Shown here: piece by piece, positions 62,401-64,000 of the stretch
Position numbering within the stretch: the stretch's first letter is position 1
How the letters are laid out: each line of letters opens with the position of its first letter
Origin: Podarcis bocagei
Taxonomy: Eukaryota
Assembly: GCA_964188305.1 (NCBI GenBank)
Contig: OZ076888.1
DNA length: 64,000 nt
Strand: one strand, 5' to 3'
Notes under the pieces: model-generated
What the model was told of the DNA's origin: nothing
Databases searched by the model: none
Seen by the model: the letters and a program-made list of their open reading frames with translations, nothing else
Position numbers and translations under genes: made by a program

Positions 62401-63955
62401 TAGGAAGCACTGTACAAGGGACTTGGATAGGTGGGAGGGACAACTCATCTGTCAATCGGGTGGGGACAGATAATGATCTGGTCCACCAGTCCACAAAAAG
62501 TATCCCAACCCTGACCTCCATTCTAGCTCCACTGCATTAAATGGAATCTTCCATGAGTGAACAAAAAAACAGAACAGAATAAGCAGACTCCAAAATCTAA
62601 AGCAAGATACGTTCTGCTCTGACAGTATCAGGGTTAATGGGCGAAACACTACAATTCCCGCACACTGGCTGTTCAGTCCCTCAGAGTGACCACTGCTGGC
62701 TCAGGGCTCTGCTCCCCAGTGGTAATGGACACCACACTGACCTTTTGGGACCCATGATGAGACATCCCTTTGTGCAGCTTATTCAAGGAATTGGGACGAA
62801 TGGTTGGTGGGAAAGTCCAGATTGGCCCTTGATCTCTCTCATCTGCATCTCCATCACTAGAAACAAGAGGGGTGAAAGTGCATTTCAATCAAAGAACACT
62901 GGGTAGAGGAGTGCCAAGATTTGGAGGGCAGGGCTTCCCCAACAGCAGGCTTTTCCAGCTTAATCTTACTTAAACGCAAACTCAGTGTTTGCATTTTCCA
63001 ACCATTATCAAGGGGCTAGAATGTACTTGGTACCAACAGATACCAAACTCATAGCCCAGAACTGGGTATTCATATATTCCATGTCACTATGCAATTATTT
63101 AAAGACTGGAAGCAGTAGCATGACAAATCGTACGTTGCTTTTTGTGCCCATCTGTACTTCTCAACAAGCTACATAAAATCTTACTGGTCCACCTTACAGG
63201 CTTTATTGGTACAAATACAAAATCTGTAGAAACTTAACTGAGCAATCAACCCTGATTATTTGGGTGTGGAGAAAGGAAGAAAGGAAAGATTTTCAAAGTA
63301 GGACAAATGTCTCAGAGGTTTAAAAAATATTAAGCAGGTTACAAATGTTTTTAAAATAAAATGGAAACATACATACATGTCAGAGTCATCTGAGCTTGAG
63401 TCCTCACCATGCCCCTCTGACTTCCAGCGTTTGTACCGGTCAATGAGCTCCATGAGAAATGATGTTTTCTTGGTGTAACGTGTGATAAACTTGTGCTTTA
63501 GCAATTCCTTTGCAGTGGGTCTCTGCACAAATACAAGAGATAAGGTGTTTTAGCTGGCAGGGACTAGACCATAAAGGTGGACAGCTACCACTGCCACTTT
63601 CCAAGGAGTCTTTTCAATTTGAACAGGACTAAGGGCTACTCTGCACATTCCTATGGGTGGGCTCATTTCCAAGGACAAGCATTTCAGAGCTCTGCTAGCT
63701 AGCAGCTGCCAGGTTTTCTGACCTGACACTCAGGCTCTGCTTATGAGAAGAGGCTGGAGCAACACTTACAAATCTGGGGTCCTTGTTAAGGCAGGCTTCC
63801 ACAAATTCCTTAAAGGGCTTACTGTGGTGTCCCTCCAGCGTCGGGGGGTTATTCTTGGGAATCAGGAAGAGAACTCTCATAGGATGCAGGTCAGAGTTTG
63901 GAGGCTCTCCCTTTGCCAGTTCAATAGCAGTAATTCCAAGGGACCATATATCTGC
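59457..63955 (-). CDS. STK25: STK25 (YSK1/SOK1, GCKIII Ste20-like kinase), last six coding exons; 5' part beyond window
   Basis: Spliced translation [82 protein letters not shown] matches STK25. Confidence 0.97.
59733..59879. mobile_element. Tigger-like MITE in the last STK25 intron
   Basis: TA|CAGGCAAC..GTTGCCTG|TA. Confidence 0.7.
60181..60317 (-). CDS. STK25: STK25 exon (C-terminal PDCD10/CCM3-binding dimerisation region)
   Basis: ggcag|..|gtaaaa, 137 nt, [45 protein letters not shown]. Confidence 0.95.
61703..61774 (-). CDS. STK25: STK25 exon
   Basis: attag|..|gtgagg, 72 nt, [24 protein letters not shown]. Confidence 0.95.
62742..62856 (-). CDS. STK25: STK25 exon
   Basis: tctag|..|gtcagt, 115 nt, [38 protein letters not shown]. 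Confidence 0.95.
63377..63522 (-). CDS. STK25: STK25 exon
   Basis: tgcag|..|gtatgt, 146 nt, [25 protein letters not shown]. Confidence 0.96.
63770..63955 (-). CDS. STK25: STK25 exon (kinase subdomains IX-XI)
   Basis: tccag|..|gtaagt on - strand, 186 nt, [15 protein letters not shown]. Confidence 0.96.
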
Positions 63956-64000
63956 CTGGAAGAAAAATGAGAACGATCTGTGAACACTCAGTGTTACCAT

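Noticed and set aside
61989-62540. 183-aa ORF antisense to an STK25 intron
   Set aside because: Spans a hAT-type MITE remnant (CAGGGATGGGGAACC); no domain or splice support.

Overview
Vertebrate genomic DNA from a squamate reptile; the Sauria SINE subfamily and MITE repertoire suggest a lacertid lizard. The + strand carries most of FARP2 (FERM-FA-DH-PH-PH RhoGEF) as 25 canonical GT-AG coding exons from 12149 to the stop at 55460. The ATG exon lies upstream of the window. The - strand carries the last six coding exons of STK25 (63955 down to 59457), tail-to-tail with FARP2 as in mammals. Introns hold Sauria SINEs, CR1/L2/L1 fragments, hAT and Tc1/mariner-type MITEs and microsatellites. The main unexplained structure is a set of alternative FARP2 coding elements. 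(1) Exon 13 stays open for about 323 extra codons, predicting a GEF-less, FRMD7-like FERM-FA-acidic-tail isoform with intronic polyadenylation. (2) A diverged tandem duplicate of the inter-PH-linker exon (HVCWYRN) has the phases of a mutually exclusive exon. (3) A 21-nt in-frame microexon (LIVLDPP) sits inside PH1. Exon numbers follow the human genes as recalled from memory; no database search was run.
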